Shown here: positions 15,074-18,142 of the stretch, piece by piece
Layout of the letters: each line of letters begins with the position of its first letter
How positions within the stretch are numbered: position 1 is the stretch's first letter
From: Thainema sp.
GTDB taxonomy: Bacteria > Cyanobacteriota > Cyanobacteriia > Phormidesmidales > Phormidesmidaceae
Reading direction: 5' to 3'
DNA: 18,142 nucleotides
Assembly (NCBI GenBank): GCA_052168235.1
Contig: JBQLZK010000099.1
Coordinates: forward strand, 1 to 18,142
Program-made: the position numbers and the translations under genes
The notes under the pieces: generated by a model
Told to the model about the DNA's origin: nothing
What the model saw: the letters and a program-made list of their open reading frames with translations, nothing else
Databases searched by the model: none

Positions 15074-16150
15074 CTATTCAACCAGCTCAATTTGGCTGTC
15101 ATCTCCCACCATAAAGCGGAGAGCTTTAGGGCGTTTGGACGTGGCGACGACTCTGGCACGTTGACCAATCAGGCTATCCACAATGCGCTGGTGAATGCCG
15201 GAAACGGTTGCACCTTCTAGCACCACGCTGTGGTCAAGGTCAGCATCAATCAGCGTCACCCGATCCGCAATGCTGCTGTAGGGGCCGATGAAGCAGTTTT
15301 CAACATGGCAGTCTTTACCAATAATCACTGGGCCACGGATGGAGCAGTTGACAATTCGTGAGCCTGCGCCAATTTTGACCCGACCGATTACGCGGCTGTC
15401 GCTGTCCACAGTGCCGTCACAGGTGACGAGGGGACATTCGTCGAGGATGATGCGATTGGCTTCCAGCAGGTCATCTTTTTTACCTGTATCGAGCCACCAG
15501 CCTTGGAGTTGACAGGCAACGACAGACTTTTGGTGATCAATCAGCGTTTGAATGGCGTCGGTGATTTCCAATTCGCCGCGAGCCGAGGGTTGAATGCGTG
15601 CGATCGCATCATGAATTGTGGGTGCGAAAAAGTAAATACCGACCAGGGCCAAGTCTGACGGCGGCACTTTGGGCTTTTCGACCAGTCCCACGACTTGACC
15701 ATCGGCCATCACTTTGGCGACACCAAAGGCGGTGGGATCATTTACCTGCTTGAGCAGAATCAGTGAATCAAGCTGGTTTTGATGAAACTGATCCAGAAAA
15801 TCATGCAGCGGATCTTGAATTAGGTTGTCGCCCAGGTACATGACAAAGGGCGTTTGCCCCAGAAAAGGCTGAGCGGTTTTGACCGCGTGAGCCAGTCCAC
15901 CAGGATGTTCTTGCAGAATGTAGGTGATTTGCACGCCAAAGCGAGAACCGTCGCCCGTTTTGTGGCGGATTTCGTCACCTGTTTCCGGATTAATGATGAT
16001 GCCGATGTCCGTAATCCCAGCCGCAGCAAGGCTTTCGATACCGTACCAGAGAATCGGCTTGTTGGCGACGGGCACAAGCTGTTTGGCCCCCGTATGAGTC
16101 AGAGGCCGCAGGCGAGTACCTTTACCGCCGGAGAGAATCAGCGCTTTCAT
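15074..16150 (-). CDS. rfbA: Glucose-1-phosphate thymidylyltransferase (long form)
   Basis: MKALILSGGKGTRLRPLT..AKQLVPVANKP, YLGDN, EKP, SARGELEITDA and WWLDTG motifs. Confidence 0.95.
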   Translation of the reverse strand: MKALILSGGKGTRLRPLTHTGAKQLVPVANKPILWYGIESLAAAGITDIGIIINPETGDEIRHKTGDGSRFGVQITYILQEHPGGLAHAVKTAQPFLGQTPFVMYLGDNLIQDPLHDFLDQFHQNQLDSLILLKQVNDPTAFGVAKVMADGQVVGLVEKPKVPPSDLALVGIYFFAPTIHDAIARIQPSARGELEITDAIQTLIDHQKSVVACQLQGWWLDTGKKDDLLEANRIILDECPLVTCDGTVDSDSRVIGRVKIGAGSRIVNCSIRGPVIIGKDCHVENCFIGPYSSIADRVTLIDADLDHSVVLEGATVSGIHQRIVDSLIGQRARVVATSKRPKALRFMVGDDSQIELVE

Positions 16151-17042
16151 GGGCTTGGACATAGTCGCGGAGCATCTGCCGTAATGACTGCCGCCAGTGG
16201 GGAGGCGACGTTCCCAAAACTGTAGCTATTTTGGCACAGTGCAGAACCGAGTAGGCCGGACGACGGGCGGGCGTCGGATAATCCGCAGTCGTAATCGGCG
16301 TCACCTGCTGTACCTGGAGCGGCAAACCCAGCTCTTGAGCTTCCTCAAAGATAGCTACCGCAAAGTCATACCAACTGGCGATGCCGCTGTTGGTGAAGTG
16401 ATACGTACCGTATAGGTCTGAAGCCTGATTGGTCATGAGTTTGGGAATGAAATGTGCGATCTCACTTGCAATCTCTCGCGCCCAGGTGGGACTACCAATC
16501 TGATCGGCCACGACCCTCAGTTCCTCGCGTTCTGCGCCGAGTCGCAGCATGGTTTTGACAAAGTTGCCGCCGCCTTCCGTGCCATAGACCCAAGCCGTAC
16601 GCAGAATGATAAACCGCTGAGTGCGATCGCAGATTTTCTGCTCACCCAAAAGCTTGGTTTTACCGTACACGCCGAGCGGATCGGTTGGATCAGTCTCGCG
16701 ATAGGGCGTACTCTGCTGGCCGTTGAACACATAATCAGTTGAGACGTGAATCAGCGGAATCTCTAGATCCTCTGCTGCCTGTGCCAGTTGAGCTGGAGCT
16801 TCTGCATTGATCCGATGCGCCAGATCCGCTTCTGTTTCGGCCTTGTCTACGGCAGTGTAGGCAGCGGGATTGATAATTAGGTCCGGTTGCAAAGGTGCGA
16901 TCGCATCTTCAATCTTGTCCGGCTGGAACAAATCCAACGCTTGCCGATCCAGCCCGATTACCTGATAGCGGGCATCGTCACTGAGCAAGCGGTTCAGCTC
17001 CGCCCCCACCTGTCCGGTAATCCCCGTTAAAACAATCCGCAT
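16122..17042 (-). CDS. rfbD: dTDP-4-dehydrorhamnose reductase
   Basis: TG.TGQVG, AAYTAVDKAE, STDYVF, YGKTK, DQIGSPT and RPAYS motifs. Confidence 0.95.
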   Translation of the reverse strand: MRIVLTGITGQVGAELNRLLSDDARYQVIGLDRQALDLFQPDKIEDAIAPLQPDLIINPAAYTAVDKAETEADLAHRINAEAPAQLAQAAEDLEIPLIHVSTDYVFNGQQSTPYRETDPTDPLGVYGKTKLLGEQKICDRTQRFIILRTAWVYGTEGGGNFVKTMLRLGAEREELRVVADQIGSPTWAREIASEIAHFIPKLMTNQASDLYGTYHFTNSGIASWYDFAVAIFEEAQELGLPLQVQQVTPITTADYPTPARRPAYSVLHCAKIATVLGTSPPHWRQSLRQMLRDYVQAHESADSLRR

Positions 17043-17590
17043 GGTTCAAATACGTCTGCTTCCTGTAGGCGCTGTCCGGTTTGATCTTTGGCGGAAAGAA
17101 TCGGCTCCACGTCCTCCAGCGGCCAATCAATGCCAATCGCCGGATCGTTCCACAAAATGCAGCGCTCGTGCTGCGGCGCATAGAAATCGGTTGTTTTGTA
17201 GAGGACTTCGGCGGTGTCGGACAAAACTAGGAAGCCGTGGGCAAATCCGGGCGGCACCCAAATCTGATGCTTATGCTCGGCATCCAAAACGCAGCCGATC
17301 CACTCGCCAAACGTAGCGGAGTCTTTGCGAATATCAACCGCCACATCGAAAATTGCGCCCTGCACGACGCGAATCAGCTTACCCTGAGCTTGGCGAACCT
17401 GGTAGTGCAAGCCGCGCAGGGTGTGCTGTTTGGACTGGGAATGGTTGTCCTGAACGAAGTCAACGTCAATGCCAGTCTGTTCAGCAAAGCGCTGGCGGTT
17501 GTAGCTTTCCAGAAAAAAGCCGCGATGGTCGGCAAAGATTTTGGGCTTGATCAGCAATACGTCGGGAATGCGAGTTGGAATAATCTCCAT
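17027..17590 (-). CDS. rfbC: dTDP-4-dehydrorhamnose 3,5-epimerase
   Basis: D.RGFFLES, FVQDNHS, LRGLHYQ, QGKL and P.GFAHGF motifs. Confidence 0.96.
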   Translation of the reverse strand: MEIIPTRIPDVLLIKPKIFADHRGFFLESYNRQRFAEQTGIDVDFVQDNHSQSKQHTLRGLHYQVRQAQGKLIRVVQGAIFDVAVDIRKDSATFGEWIGCVLDAEHKHQIWVPPGFAHGFLVLSDTAEVLYKTTDFYAPQHERCILWNDPAIGIDWPLEDVEPILSAKDQTGQRLQEADVFEPCGLF

Positions 17591-17689
17591 GCGTAGAGAG
17601 ACAGCTCAGTAATACGTCAAGGGGATTATCGCATCTTTGGGGTGAAGCGTAAGGGGAAAGAGCGTGAGGTGCGTGAGGTGCGATCGCAA

Positions 17690-17800
17690 TTATTCTTGAT
17701 TCTTCTCACTCTCTCCAGCTTGCTGAAGGATTTTTTGGATTAGCGGGTCGTTCAACCACATACCGCAGCTTTGCAGTTGCTCAATGTAGTGATCAGGCAT
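17690..17800 (-). pseudogene. Internally deleted DUF3368-like (PIN-type) partner of the UPF0175 gene, 36 aa
   Basis: The ATG overlaps the UPF0175 stop (ATGCCTGA). Product: MPDHYIEQLQSCGMWLNDPLIQKILQQAGESEKNQE. Confidence 0.55.
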
Positions 17801-18044
17801 TCTCAACGTCTTGTTCAAGTTCTGCGGCTGTCATCTGGAATGGAGAGACATGATAGCGCCCTAGAGTCATCGGGAAAGTGGCTCTAGACATTCCTGCCAA
17901 CTGAGCTGCACGACCAGAGGATAGCTTGCCCATTTCAAACAGCTTGACTGCGGCTAACGTCGCTAGTTCCTGTGCAATGCTCTCTGGCGTTTCTTTCAGG
18001 CTAATCAAAACTTCTTCAGGAATTTGAACTTGAATAGTAGCCAT
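17793..18044 (-). CDS. UPF0175 family protein (putative antitoxin)
   Basis: AAVKLFEMGKLSSGRAAQLAGMSR..F signature, 83 aa. Confidence 0.85.
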   Translation of the reverse strand: MATIQVQIPEEVLISLKETPESIAQELATLAAVKLFEMGKLSSGRAAQLAGMSRATFPMTLGRYHVSPFQMTAAELEQDVENA

Positions 18045-18090
18045 AGAACTAACGGGCTAAGTATGCAATTATTCTAAGCTACGTGTCGAA

Positions 18091-18142
18091 TATAGCGGTT
18101 CTCATTCGAATGAGGTACAGTAGCAGTCGTTTATGAACCAGT
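18091..18142. mobile_element. Probable terminus of an IS630-type element or MITE continuing beyond the window
   Basis: TATAGCGGTTCTCATTCGAATGAGGTACA; shares 12 nt with the MITE end at 2300-2311. Confidence 0.45.

Overview
Cyanobacterial chromosomal window (many HIP1 GCGATCGC octamers, REP-like palindromes). Left: housekeeping genes, namely a CoaT-like P1B-4 ATPase with a MerR-type promoter, two aminotransferases, an LtrA-family protein and thiL. Middle (7878-10786): a decayed accessory island made of a dead IS701-type element, a 5' remnant of DISARM drmB, a fold-back IS3 derivative with two left ends, and a previously unannotated Tn7-like transposon end (four GACAT-N6-TGACG sites plus terminal ...TCAACA). 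Next comes a candidate translation-stress module: operator/promoter, leader ORF, terminator and HNH nuclease, then a second operator, leader ORF, boxA and a 2.8-kb array of 24 tRNA-like genes. This type of locus (L-array plus HNH) is known from Anabaena PCC 7120, but several members here are odd: one tRNA interrupted by two 24-nt double-hairpin inserts, a Gln-bodied tRNA with a Glu anticodon, an fMet-like tRNA with a 6-nt anticodon loop, and short-arm Leu tRNAs. Right: rfbC-rfbD-rfbA, an UPF0175 gene with an internally deleted DUF3368-like partner, and a probable IS630-type end at the window edge. All folds and family calls were made by eye; no searches were run.
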